Of a DNA stretch of 42,621 nucleotides, positions 1 through 12,356 are shown piece after piece (the stretch's first letter is position 1; each line of letters starts with the position of its first letter). This stretch comes from Octopus bimaculoides. Its lineage: Eukaryota. A program made the translations under genes and the position numbers. Location of the stretch: NCBI RefSeq assembly GCF_001194135.2, contig NC_068991.1, positions 3,571,224 through 3,613,844 on the forward strand. The letters are read 5' to 3'. Under the pieces are notes generated by a model, which was not told the origin of the DNA, searched no databases, and worked only from the letters and a program-made list of their open reading frames with translations.

Positions 1-59
1 ATAAATACCTAACTTTGTAGTCATGCGGTTACACATATCAGGTGTACACACGTGTCTGT

Positions 60-92
<33 letters not shown>

Positions 93-1210
93 ACACACAC
101 ACACACACATACACACACACACGGTTCGAAATTACACAAACAGCCGAAAAGCAAAAGACAGAGACAGGTGAGGGAACAACAAACAAGGTGTATCAGCTAT
201 GACGCTCAAGAAAGGTGGAAGACAGACAGACAGACAGATAGATAGGTAGATAGATAGGTAAGACAGACAGACAAATAGAGAGATAGATAGAGAGAGAGAA
301 AGAGACAGAGAGACAGAGAGAGAGAGAGAGACAGACAGACAGAGAGAAAGAGACAGAGAGAAAGAGACAGAGAGACAGACATAGAGAGAGAGGGATAGGT
401 AAGAGTGGCTTTGATGTATTTTTTCTAATTAGGTCTATAGGTGTGTCGTTCGAATTCCAGGTTATAATCAGTACAGTTTTCTACCCGGATTCTGTAAAAC
501 CTGTGATTGTAACAAATATATGCATATATATGTATATATATATATATATATATATANNNNNNNNNNNNNNNNNNNNNNNNNNNNNNNNNNNNNNNNNNNN
601 NNNNNNNNNNNNNNNNNNNNNNNNNNNNNNNNNNNNNNNNNNNNNNNNNNNNNNNNNNNNNNNNNNNNNNNNNNNNNNNNNNNNNNNNNNNNNNNNNNNN
701 NNNNNNNNNNNNNNNNNNNNNNNNNNNNNNNNNNNNNNNNNNNNNNNNNNNNNNNNNNNNNNNNNNNNNNNNNNNNNNNNNNNNNNNNNNNNNNNNGAAT
801 AAATCTTTGATGTTTAACATCTTAAAAATAAGAATAAAAAAAGGGAAGTACACATTGATGTTATGTGAGTAATTGTAGATGGGATGGTCATCGTAGGCCA
901 GCCGAGTCATCAAGGTTTGACCTAGGGCTAAACAATGACAATAGCAACAACAACAACAACAACAACAGCGGCTTCACGTGTGGACGTGGAAGCTTATATA
1001 TGGTTGCATTATCTGCTAAAAATAGCAGTCATGTCTCTCTCTCTCTCTCTCGAATCACGCCTTTCGGAAGAAAGAAACTGAATTGACAAGGTAAATATTG
1101 ATGCGTTATGCGCGGAGAAGAAATGATGGGATTGTCACGACTGGAATGCATCAGTCATATGTCTGCTTGATCAAGGCCTACTCGGGGTTATACGTGTATG
1201 ATGTAAGGCG

Positions 1211-1420
1211 ACAAGCTGCACAGTCGGTTAGCGCGCTGGACAAAATACTAAGCGGCATTTCGTCTGTGTTTACGTTTCTGAGTTCAAATTCGGTCGAGGT
1301 CGAACTTGCCTTTCATCTTTTCGGGGTCGATTAAAAAAAAAAAAGTACCAGTTGGACTTGGGGGTCGTGTAATCAACATAACCCCAGCTCCGAAATTGCT
1401 GGCCTTGTGCCAAACTTTAG
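1211..1420 (+). mobile_element. SINE family B (a diverged relative lies on - at about 1470-1625)
   Basis: GAGTTCAAATTCGGTCGAGGTCGAACTTGCCTTTCATCTTTTCGGGGTCGAT matches 20422-20595. Confidence 0.75.
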
Positions 1421-2394
1421 AACCAATATAAGACATAAGGCCAGAAATTTGGGCGAGAGAAGCAGAAGTAGATATCACCAAAAGCAGTTCTTGGCTGGTT
1501 TGTCTAGCCCCTGGAGAAGAAATATAAAACAAAGTTGAACTCGTTTAGATTTGAACCCAGAACATAGAGAGCCGGAAGAAATATTGTGTAGTTTTCTTTT
1601 CTGACTCTCTAACGATTCTGCCAGTTAGCAAGTCGTTATGAAGTCGCTGGGGGTTGTTGCAAACAGCAACCGAATTTCAGGCCTATGTGAGGACCTCTGC
1701 CTGCTAGAAATAGTACCAAATTTCCTCTCAAACCAGTTTGGCAAAAGATGCGCGATAGAATAAAGTTGGATGCATTCGATAGCAGGGATCTGTTCGACGA
1801 GCAACTGCTCAGGGTTAAATATAATAACAACAACAGCAACAACAACAGTAGCACCAGCAGCAGTAGCAGCAGAAAGACAGTAGCCTTAAAATGGCAGTTG
1901 CCGTTGCTATATCTGTTGTTCGTTGCTATTTTCTCTGCTGCCCCAGATATAGCAACACCTGTGCACGTTGGAAGAGTCACGTGTATTTGATGTATTTACG
2001 AACGGAGTGGTGGAGAAGATGGCGGCGGCGGCGGCAGCGGTGATGGTGATGGTATTGATGTTGTTGGTGGTGGTGGTGGTGATAGGAGCCGTAGTGCAAG
2101 GAATGGCAGTATTGGTGGTGGTGGTGGTGGTGTTGGTGACGGCGCAGGGAAAAGAAAAGAGAAGCTGTCACTTTCTCTTGTCTTTGCTTTCAAATTTTCA
2201 GAACTTAAGGATAGGAAGAAAACAGAATTTGTGGGAGCTGACTGACCTACCTCTCTGCATGCGAGCGCGCGCGTATGTGTGTGTGTGTGTGTGTGTGTGT
2301 GTTGTACTGCTTATTCACATTTCAGAAGCTTGTTTCCCAACCACATGGTTTGGGTTCAGTCTCAGCGTGGAAACTTGGAGAAAAAGATTCCTAT

Positions 2395-2725
2395 TATAGT
2401 CACGGGTTAACCAAAGCCTGGAGTGGATTTGGTGGTAGACGGAAACTGAAATAAGGCCGTCTTATATATATATATATATATATATTTGCTTCAGTCATTT
2501 GACTGTCCGTAGAGTCTGGACTATTCTATCATGAAGTGGTAGCCGGTGCCTCGTACACTCGTTAATATTTTGTATCTAAGAACACAATTCAGCTGCCCTT
2601 TAGTCTTATCTTTTTAAATTAAAATTGTTAGACTGTTGCCATGCTGGGGCATCGCCTTGAAGGTGTTTAGTCGAACAAATGACCACAGCCATTAGTTTTT
2701 AAAGTCTAGTTTTTATTCTATCGGA
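2395..2725. mobile_element. Two family A SINE fragments (+ at about 2395-2470; - at about 2486-2725, interrupted by a 125-bp insert)
   Basis: GTAGACGGAAACTGAAA block on +, and CAGTCATTTGACTG...GCCATGCTGG on -. Confidence 0.65.
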
Positions 2726-2849
2726 CATTTTTTTGTCCAACTGACTAGTGATGGGGTCGAAAACACACCAACTGTTATATATACATATATGTATACGAGT
2801 CCCTATGGCTGTCCCCCACTACCCTGCTTATAAAGATAAATGCATATAT

Positions 2850-3150
2850 GATGGACTCTCCCGTCGTTAGACAACGTATGAGGGTTCGACAGTTTCTTAC
2901 CGAACTACCACACAAATGATTTGTTTATAGTGATCAAATGTTTGTGTAGACATAAGCTCACTCCCCCCATCAAATAGACATCACCTGTACAGGTGTCCCA
3001 TGTGCCACCTGTCAGATGACGAAACGATTGCAGAGCAACGTGAAATAAAGTGCTTTGCTGAAGAACACAACGCAACGTCCGGTCTGGGAATCGAACCCAC
3101 AATCGCAATCATGAGTACAACACCTTAACCACTAAACCATGCAACTTCAC
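2850..3150 (-). mobile_element. SINE family C, diverged copy
   Basis: GAGCAACGTGAAATAAAGTG...GGAATCGAACCC...TAACCACTAA is the reverse complement of the family C head and core. Confidence 0.65.
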
Positions 3151-3846
3151 ACACGTGCATATATATATATATATATATATATANNNNNNNNNNNNNNNNN
3201 NNNNNNNNNNNNNNNNNNNNNNNNNNNNNNNNNNNNNNNNNNNNNNNNNNNNNNNNNNNNNNNNNNNNNNNNNNNNNNNNNNNNNNNNNNNNNNNATATA
3301 TACATATATATGGGCATCTCCATCAGTTTTCTTTCTTAATTTCTTTCTGTAGAAGAGCGTGAGTTCGAAACGTCAAAGACACCTTTTTTCCTGAGCGTCA
3401 AACTAATAACCTTGTATGTAGCTCCTTCACCTGTCTCTGTCTTCTGTATTTTGCACAATTTTGGACTATATATATATATCCGTATACATATGTACACACA
3501 TGTATCTACACACACTCGCACACACAAACACACACACACACACACACACATTCACGCAAAGCCGAACAGTGAGAAAGAGCGGCAGATCGAGAAAGAGGCA
3601 GGATGAAGGACGAAAGCCAGGATGTGACCGACATCGAAAGCAGTCAACGACACACTTCTCACACGAACCAATATGTCGTCGAGGGTTTGCGCACTGAAAT
3701 AAATAAACAAATAATTGAGATATGTCAACATTATCATACTTTTCATATCTAATAGCATGTCTGATAAATAATATCGCGATCTGGATTGTGTTACCCTCTC
3801 AGATGTTGCTGAACCTGTACGTGTAACGTACATGGGATTTAATGTG

Positions 3847-3887
<41 letters not shown>

Positions 3888-4461
3888 CAGGCACGTTATT
3901 TCCATAAAAAAAACAGGATAATCTTCGAACTCCAGTCAGAAGTACGGCAGTTGCGGTATAGCCATACGGCTTTCTATCGCACTTAACTTCTGAAAATCAG
4001 AAAAATCTGAGAAAAATAAACCAACTAAAGGATTCCTTGTGCATTTTGAACTTGTTTTCTTTTTTATAAGCCTACCGGCGCGAACACAAATTGACGCACT
4101 GAAGGATACCTCCTTTATCAGCTGTCAATTATAGATCATCACGATTTCGTTACCTTTTTGACAGGACTTCTTTTAGTAATGCTGAGAAGCTTCGTTGCTA
4201 CCAGGGAATGTCAAGGTTTACTTGTCTTACACGTCACAGAAAAATATTTTTCTCTCAGTCATCCCGGCAATCACATTTCTAGCCAGGGTTAAACAGATCC
4301 ACCCATTTGTTATTTAGTGTATTTATAGGCGAGTGTTTGTTTTGCATTCCTTCTATTCATTTTCTGTTGAATATTAAATATTTGTTTATTAATTATGTGC
4401 ATGTGTGTGTACATACATGTGCGCACAGACACACATACATATACGTATCAATATAGATAAT

Positions 4462-4511
<50 letters not shown>

Positions 4512-4885
4512 TGTACACAAGCATACTTGCAAACGCAGCTTCATTGACTGAGCTGTTCTTGTCGCCAACTTTCATCTGCTTCCTAAACAAGATCGTATTA
4601 CCCTATGGCTAGGCATGTTTTTTCACGGAAGACTGGAGATGAATAATGTACGACATTGATGCTCGTTTACAATCATCACGTGATGTTAAGACAAAGGTAC
4701 ACAAAAACATACACTTGTTTGCATGTGTGTGAGTACATCTATAAATGAGGAGTTCTGGAGCTGTAGTGGTGGTGGTGGTGGTGGTGGTGGTGGTGGTGTG
4801 TGTGTGTGTGTGCTTGCGAGTTATTTATTTTTTTATGTTGGTGTTGTGTATGAATGGCAAATATATTTTAGCCGGAGAAAAAGAG

Positions 4886-4939
<54 letters not shown>

Positions 4940-5339
4940 CAGACAGACAGGAAGATTCAGACAGACAGACAGACTGACAGATGGAGGCCGCTTTGCGCAG
5001 ACATACCTCTACGTGTCATGTGATGCCGTGTTACGGTCACTACTAGCTTCCACCCAGGTAGCTCGGCTTTGATTCACGTCACGTGAGAGCTCTTATGGTT
5101 TAATGGTATTGCACCAGCATGGCTACAGACTAACTGATCGGAACTGGTAAAAGAGGAAAGCCAAACACACACACACAGATACAAACGCATTCATGCATAC
5201 ATACATACATACATACTTGCCTGCATATATATATATGTATTTATATATGTATACACACAAGCACACATGCATCCATGCATATTTGTACGTACGCATGCTT
5301 TGCATACATATCTGCATACAACAATATATATAAAGATTA

Positions 5340-5543
5340 AGAAAATAAAGAGAGAGGGGTGTCTATAGAGAGTGGAGAGAAAGAGGGAAAAGGAGAAGAA
5401 ATGAAATAAAAAGTGGCTGAGGATGACGGGTAAATGGAAAAAGCAGACGATAGCTAGACAAATTGAAAGAATTGAAAGAAGGAAAAGGTAGAAGTAGTCT
5501 GAATGAAAGAAGCAGACGATAGATAGATAACTGAAAGAGAGAG

Positions 5544-5593
<50 letters not shown>

Positions 5594-5934
5594 AAGAGCA
5601 ATGAAAGAGGCAGAAGTTAGATAGAGAGAGACTAACTGATAAAGGCAGAAGAGAGACAAATGACCAGGAAGAAAGAAAATGGAAACGAAGATAAAAAGAG
5701 AAGCAGAAGGAAAAGCTGATAGACAGAGGGAAACAGAAATAGAGAGATAAAAAGATAGAAAGACAAACAGAAGGAAAGAGAGAGAAAGAAAGAGTGGGGG
5801 AGGGGTAGAGAAGAAAAAAGAAAACGAAAGCAAAAAGAAACTGAAAGAGAGAGGTGATAGAGAGAAGGTAATAAACAGGACATAAGAGGAAATAGAATGT
5901 AGAAGGAAGATAAAACGATGGAAAAGAAGGTAGG

Positions 5935-6009
<75 letters not shown>

Positions 6010-6045
6010 AGAGAGAGAGAGATAAAGAGAGAGAGAGGAAGCTAG
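5340..6045. repeat. Purine-rich (GA)n/low-complexity tract at the 5' end of RhoU intron 1
   Basis: About 700 bp dominated by A/G on +, with long perfect (GA)n runs. Confidence 0.9.
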
Positions 6046-6063
6046 GTAAAAGCAAGTACTTAC

Positions 6064-6592
6064 CTGAATAGTTATCAAATGCTGTTGGTACATATTCCGT
6101 TGGATATCCATTGGTCGTGTAACTAACAATTAAACTGGTCTTGCCTATAGCACCATCACCAACCAACACACACTTTACTTTAGGGGGTTGTTGACCCGGT
6201 TGGTCTTGTCCATCTTCTGCTTGTTGTTGCTGTGAGTGTTGTTGTTGTTGATGTTGATGTGGCAGGTGTAGGCGGTGTTCCAAAGGCGATGGCATTATCG
6301 ATGCTGACGATGTTGATGATGATGATGCTGATGAAGAAGAAGAGGCGCCATTTCCGTAGTCGGATGTAGACGCCGAGAAGGAGGGCGACGGTAGCGAAGA
6401 CACTCCGCTGCTACTACCACCAGCACCCCCACCACCACCACCGCCGCCACCACCACTGCTGCCACCGCCACCACTGCTACCACTGACACCACTACTGCCA
6501 CTAATACCACTGCTCGCTCCACCGCCGCCGCCGCGTTTTACAGAGAATAAGTTATTGCTTTGTTGTTGATCCATAGTTGCCTGTGGAGGCAT
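6064..6592 (-). CDS. RhoU: First coding exon of a RhoU/RhoV (Wrch1/Chp)-like atypical Rho GTPase (176 codons + 1 nt; remaining exons not found in the window)
   Basis: ATG at 6592-6590 gives MPPQ..., the same start as vertebrate RhoU. It runs into [38 protein letters not shown] (P-loop + switch I). TNGYP and PTAFDN are diagnostic of RhoU/V rather than Cdc42 (TNKFP, PTVFDN) or Rac (TNAFP). The exon ends at TCAG|GTAAGT, a consensus phase-1 donor at 6063-6058. RhoU versus RhoV cannot be separated from this exon alone. Confidence 0.92.
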
Positions 6593-6760
6593 TCTTCTGC
6601 ACACAGCACCACCCACGCTTCTTTCACACTCACATCCACACACACAACCCTCTCTAACTTCAACCGCCACCGCTACAGCAGCTACAACAACAACAACAAC
6701 AACAACTACAAAACCACTACAACTACTACCACCACTACAACTACTCTCGCTACAAGCTAA
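6593..6760 (-). other. Probable 5' UTR of the RhoU-like gene, rich in trinucleotide repeats
   Basis: Lies immediately upstream of the ATG and is built of (TAG)n/(TGT)n/(GTG)n repeats. The supplied 474-aa ORF starts at a GTG (6787) and reads through this region and into the intron, so it is not the true CDS. The TSS is unknown. Confidence 0.45.
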
Positions 6761-6836
6761 CTTGGTAATATAAAAAAAACCCCACACGCAATGAACGTTC
6801 CCTTAACGCTCACCCGAAACTAAAAAGCGACCAAAC

Positions 6837-6878
<42 letters not shown>

Positions 6879-7430
6879 AACAAAGATTTAATTGAAAAAA
6901 AAAATATTAAATATGCTCCACACACCCTCCTCTTTACTTCACCCCGGGTACTTCCAGTAGACGATACTGAGACAGTAACCGGTTTATTAATCTAAATATC
7001 TTAGACCGTCAACAACATGTAGTAGTTGTAATAATAATAATAATAGTACTAATGATAATAATGACGATGATGATTAATGAAAATAGTGGTAGGAATAGTC
7101 GAAGTTGTTGTAATTATTTGTAAATATAAGCAGCTCAACTCACAACAGCAACGAGTGTCAGCAGAAGAAAGTAGTCGAACAAATGATAATTTATAATTAA
7201 CAAGTTATCGATTATAGCCGTGCGATTGATTTCTAAGAGGAAATCGTAGGCAGGAACACACACATATAAATATAAATACAAATATAAATATATCTGTGTA
7301 GTGTGTGACTATGACGTGTGCTATATAAAGTATGTTGTTGTACGTCTTGTAATTCAATGTGTGTAGCTTGGCTGGGTTGCTGGTTGGTTCGTATTTTTCT
7401 TATGTTCGTGTCAATACTTCATACAAGTGC

Positions 7431-7502
<72 letters not shown>

Positions 7503-8051
7503 GTATGGTTGTTTATAGAGTAATGCAGAGTCTTGTCTTTTGTAAAATCCCTTTCACTTGATCATATGTAAATATAGAGATATACAATGATATGTTTTCT
7601 TTCGTTTTATATTTCGTTTCGGCAAATTGATCCTGTTTTTTTTTTTCTCTTCTTTTTGGTCTCTTTTTCTTTTTAAACAATTCCAAGTTTTGACTGGCAG
7701 AAGATCTTCAAAGGAACTTCAGACTTCTTTTCATTGACCAACCCCAACGATGACGCTAAAAGAGAGAATATAAAAAAAAAGAAACAAACATAAATAAAAA
7801 GCAGATTCACGTAAATACGTTTGATATAGAAACACAGACGTATAAAAAATAAATCAAAAATCTATGTCGTATGGTATTTAATATACCTGTATTCGTCTAT
7901 GTTATTCAAATACATGCCACAGGGCACTCTAAGTTATTTGCCTTGACTTATTTTTTGTTTAAATTATGCAAATTAGCTTGACCATAAATGTGTTTAAATC
8001 TTTTTGTTTATATCTAAATCCTCTGGCTGCTGAAGATGGAATCGGACAATT

Positions 8052-8096
8052 GTCGTGCTGATGACGCTTATTGGGGCAGAAACACTTGTCCACAAC
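8052..8096 (+). ncRNA. Degenerate type I hammerhead ribozyme motif
   Basis: GUCGUG-CUGAUGA-CGCUU[auug]GGGCA-GAAAC[acuu]GUC/CACAAC. Core and GUC intact, stem I 5 of 6 pairs, stem II 4 pairs with a C.A mismatch at its base. Confidence 0.55.
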
Positions 8097-8541
8097 TGCC
8101 CCCTAATCTCTAGACAATAAGCTGGTCATTTTCTTGAAGGACATGTTACCTTTAGATAATTCTTGATTCTTGGGGTTAGTATCTCCCCGTCTCAAGTGCA
8201 GCTGGTCTTAGTTGCTATTGGGTAGTCATAATACATCCTCTTAAAACAGAGATAATTTCAATGAATCAAGAATTATGTTATATAGTATTTAATGTACCTG
8301 TATTTCTCTATATACATTTTAAAGGCTCATAAGAAGCTTTAAGATGTTGCACGAGCACACAGCTCTGAGCGCAGTGTTTCTTATTGCAGAAACATCCGTA
8401 AGCTGGTGAAGCTGATTATGAAATTCCTGCTCATTTGTCATTCATTAATTAATTTTGCGCACTGTACTCTCAGACACAGCTATATTGGGTTCTAAGTACA
8501 GGTTAACTGGTTATTAGTTTCGCTCTGCCTAAGCAAAATCG

Positions 8542-8586
<45 letters not shown>

Positions 8587-9455
8587 CGTGTGTGTGTGTG
8601 TGTGTGTGTGTAGATAGACAGACACATAAACACGTATCAATACACATGCATATTCACGCACACATACAAGCATCCTTAACGAATAGAGTCGGAAATTATC
8701 TAATACGCTTGTGTGTCCCCCTATTCTGTAACAGTCATTTCTTCTGATGCATATACGTTAAGCCGTTCTGCTCTGAACAGGAGTCAAATCGAACTTCACC
8801 TTTCACCAAACGTAACATACCTCAGGCTATAGCAAAGATGCATTCACAATGTGGCCACCCCTGTCAGACCGCAAATATTGTGCAGGCTATGCTAAATCAA
8901 TGGCTTGAAACACCGTAGGTTCTGGTTATGCAAAAACGTGGTGGTAACAGTGAGGGGTAGTTGGAGGGAAGAACTCCTTCTCCTTTGCTTCCCCTCTTTC
9001 CCCGTGATTTTTCAGACTTGTGATATTTTTTTCGAAAATCTTTTGAGATTTATGTTTATAAAATGTTACGCATGCATTTGCCTTTTGAAAGAAAGATAAT
9101 TTCAGGTGTTTAAAGGTATTAATCTGAAATAAATGGATAAATGTACGAACGTTTCAAAAGAAAGNNNNNNNNNNNNNNNNNNNNNNNNNNNNNNNNNNNN
9201 NNNNNNNNNNNNNNNNNNNNNNNNNNNNNNNNNNNNNNNNNNNNNNNNNNNNNNNNNNNNNNNNNNNNNNNNNNNNNNNNNNNNNNNNNNNNNNNNNNNN
9301 NNNNNNNNNNNNNNNNNNNNNNNNNNNNNNNNNNNNNNNNNNNNNNNNNNNNNNNNNNNNNNNNNNNNNNNNNNNNNNNNNNNNNNNNNNNNNNNNNNNN
9401 NNNNNNNNNNNNNNNNNNNNNNNNNNNNNNNNNNNNNNNNNNNNNNNNNNNNNNN

Positions 9456-9495
<40 letters not shown>

Positions 9496-9867
9496 GTGCG
9501 TGCGTGCGTGCGTGCGTGCGTGTGTGTGTGTGTTTCCCTATCGTCCACGGATCTCAGAAACAGACGTAAAACAGATGCCGATGCAGCGTTAATGAACCGA
9601 ATGATGTTGATCGATGCTTGGTCGCGGTTTTGTGTTAAAAACCCAGGTGAGCTCTGACTCAAAGACACTCCAGAAGAGATCAACCCGTCTATATTTCACA
9701 AACTCTATCTAGGTCTACATTATTAGTATTATTTTTATAAGACACTAACGCATGATATTGGGAGATTTGCTGCGCAAATCAAATGGAATCAGGTTTGGTA
9801 CATTTGCCTAATAGAACTCCGTCACGATTACAATTCCAAACGCACGGAATTACATTCAACACTATGG

Positions 9868-10566
9868 TGTCCTCCACCGCGCCCCAGCCACTTTGTTTCC
9901 TCATAACTTCCAGAAATTTTACTGAAATTATCTACAAATATGCTTCAGATGGTGTAGATTCTGGTCATTTCGGAATTTGTTATGGAAAAAGAATTTCCGA
10001 CGGGGAGAGAGAGGAGTTTCGGAAAATTCACACAAGTTGGCTTTGTTACCTCATAACTTTCAGAAAAACGGATAATTTTTAATGAAATTTTTACAAACAA
10101 CTTTCAGAATGTTTCGATTACAATTATATCGGAATTTAATATGTGAAAACAAAAAAGAAAAAGAAAAAAAATGGTGGGCTCCTGTACATACATACTCACA
10201 CACATCTACAAAATAAAACTTGAAATTTCTAAAAAAATTTATGTGTGTCGGTGTGTACGTGTGCGGGCTCACCATTTTCCTTTTCACACCAAATTCCGAT
10301 ACAATCGTAATTTACACACCTTGAAAGGTATGTGTAGAAAATTTCATCTAAACAAAACAACTCATTTTTCTGAAAGTTATGAGGTAACAAAGCCGACTCG
10401 TGAGAATTTTCTGAAACTCCCCTCCCTATCTACTGTGAATATCTTTTCTCAACAAATTCCGATATAATCATAATCTGCACCATGCGAAGATTATTCGCAG
10501 AAAATTTCATTAAAAAATATGGGCTTCTCTGAAAGTTATGAGGAAATAAATTCGAGTGGAGGCACA
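9868..10566. mobile_element. Foldback-type palindromic non-autonomous element with modular arms
   Basis: Arms of about 330 bp are inverted around roughly 10217. 10039-10068 is the exact 30-bp reverse complement of 10365-10394, and 9896-9909 pairs with 10533-10546. Each arm holds two subunits of about 150 bp. Confidence 0.75.
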
Positions 10567-12313
10567 GTTTTGTAAGTATGATCATAACTTATAAGCGTGG
10601 ATAACAGCAATGTGTTGTATAGTACACATACCAATGGAAACAAGTTGTCCGCACTCAACTAGATCGGCGATATTTGATGATACTGCAATATATAAATATA
10701 TATTCACGTATATTTCCAGGGAACCCGACGCTAGTAGGTAGATCACTATCGCTGTTCCTTCTAGCTGGTCAGGTGATACACGTAAGGGCCTCCTTTCTTT
10801 TTTTGTTTTTTCTTAGCACAGTTTCTCTGTGTCCGCGTGTTTGGGTGGTTTATCGCAGAAATTATCTTATAGAAATATTAAAAATAATAATAATAATAAC
10901 AACTACATACATTTCTTTGATGTGACAGGTGGCAGGAGGATCTTGTCGAAGGATTATGAAACAAACGCTTAGCAATGAGGCGCGACTACATGATACCGAA
11001 ATTAGTAGCACTTTTCTGCCGTTGCACTTTAAAACAATTGCATAGGTAGGAACGAGTTCTAAGAGAGAGGAGGGGGGAGGAGGGGAGTCATAGAGAGTTG
11101 AAGAAGGGGTTGTGGTGATGGTGGTGGTGGTGGTGGTGGGGAAAAATTGCGGGAAGCTGTCACCTGCATGCATTTCCAGCCTAAATGAAATAAAACAAGC
11201 ACCGACGGAGAATTGAAACCGTGTCATACACATTACTAATGATTTGATTTTTAAGTTGATTACCTGTTTAACAATTATTATTCTGTTTTTACAAACACAA
11301 TCAATCTGAATTTTATTTGTTTTTCGTGTTTTTATTTGGTCATTTGTGATGATTGAGACTTTCCCACGACTATTGATTATTGAATTGAATGGAAATCGAA
11401 ACCGTAACGCTGATCTGGTACGTCGACAATCTCCCCCCACCTCATCGGCTTGTCCACGAGCCTAGAAGCAGGTTTATAGCAGTCAAATTTTCCACTCCCT
11501 CAAATCTACTCCTTACCATCATCGAAAAAAAAAAGAAAAAGACCGTAGATATATTGAGCTTGAAATAAAGTTGGGATGTCGTGGTTGGATTGGCTTTCGT
11601 CATAAGTCTGTTCAGAACTCACCTGCGATGTTCGCGATCTTCAAACAATAAATAAAATAAAATAAAATAAAATTGTTTGATATTCTTTTCCTTCGTGCTC
11701 AAGGAAGAGAATATGGGAATCTGTGACATTCATGCCTCGTCCAAAGAGACTCGAATATGAGTCGGAAACTGCATCACCTTAATTTATTAAGGTATCACCG
11801 GGAACCGCTCTCATTCTGCGATGTTCAGCCACAATTAATGGTGAATATCGATTACTGAGGATGACATAAGGTGTCAGACAGATCGATAACATAAAGCTAG
11901 ATGGTTGCGTCCGTAAAGTTATGGCCTTCATGCCGTTTTTAAGGACGTCGAGCGATATCTGAAGAGGAAACAGCCCAAGAAGACATGTTTGAAAAAAAAA
12001 AAAAGAAAAAAAAAGAGGGACAATGGGAAAGAAAGAGGAGGGTCTCAATGTAGCAGTTTATTAGAAATAGCAGCCAAATCTTCTATAAATCACGCACTAC
12101 AATTGTAAAGGGGGAGGATGACCTTCGATAATTTAGTGGTAGAAATAAATATATTGGCAGAATGATAGATAAATAAAACGGGATGTGCACGACTGGAACG
12201 TCGGTGATCAAAGGTGTTTGTTAATCAAAGCTAAATAGCATATCTATGAATGGTCGGCAGGTAAGGAATGTCGACAACGGGCGACGATTATGACGATGAT
12301 GATGATGACAACG

Positions 12314-12356
<43 letters not shown>

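Larger units (their letters stand above)
1..6063 (-). other. Intron 1 of the RhoU-like gene (over 6 kb, extends past the window start)
   Basis: Begins at the GTAAGT donor. By-eye search of 1-6063 found no match to the expected next peptide (V..DG.P..LQLCDTAGQ). Confidence 0.7.

Noticed and set aside
1748-2030. 80-aa antisense ORF and AAGATGGCGGC (YY1-like) motif in the RhoU intron
   Set aside because: Both are embedded in trinucleotide repeats with no homology cue, and the motif arises from a (GGC)n run.
5363-6787. Supplied 474-aa ORF as a full protein
   Set aside because: It starts at a GTG in the UTR and reads through the GTAAGT donor into (CT)n intron sequence. Only 6592-6064 is coding.
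8815-8825. Minus-strand GAG|GTATGT donor (and plus-strand CAG|GTGAGC at about 9644-9652)
   Set aside because: No supporting exon or coding signal, and such matches are expected by chance at this window size.
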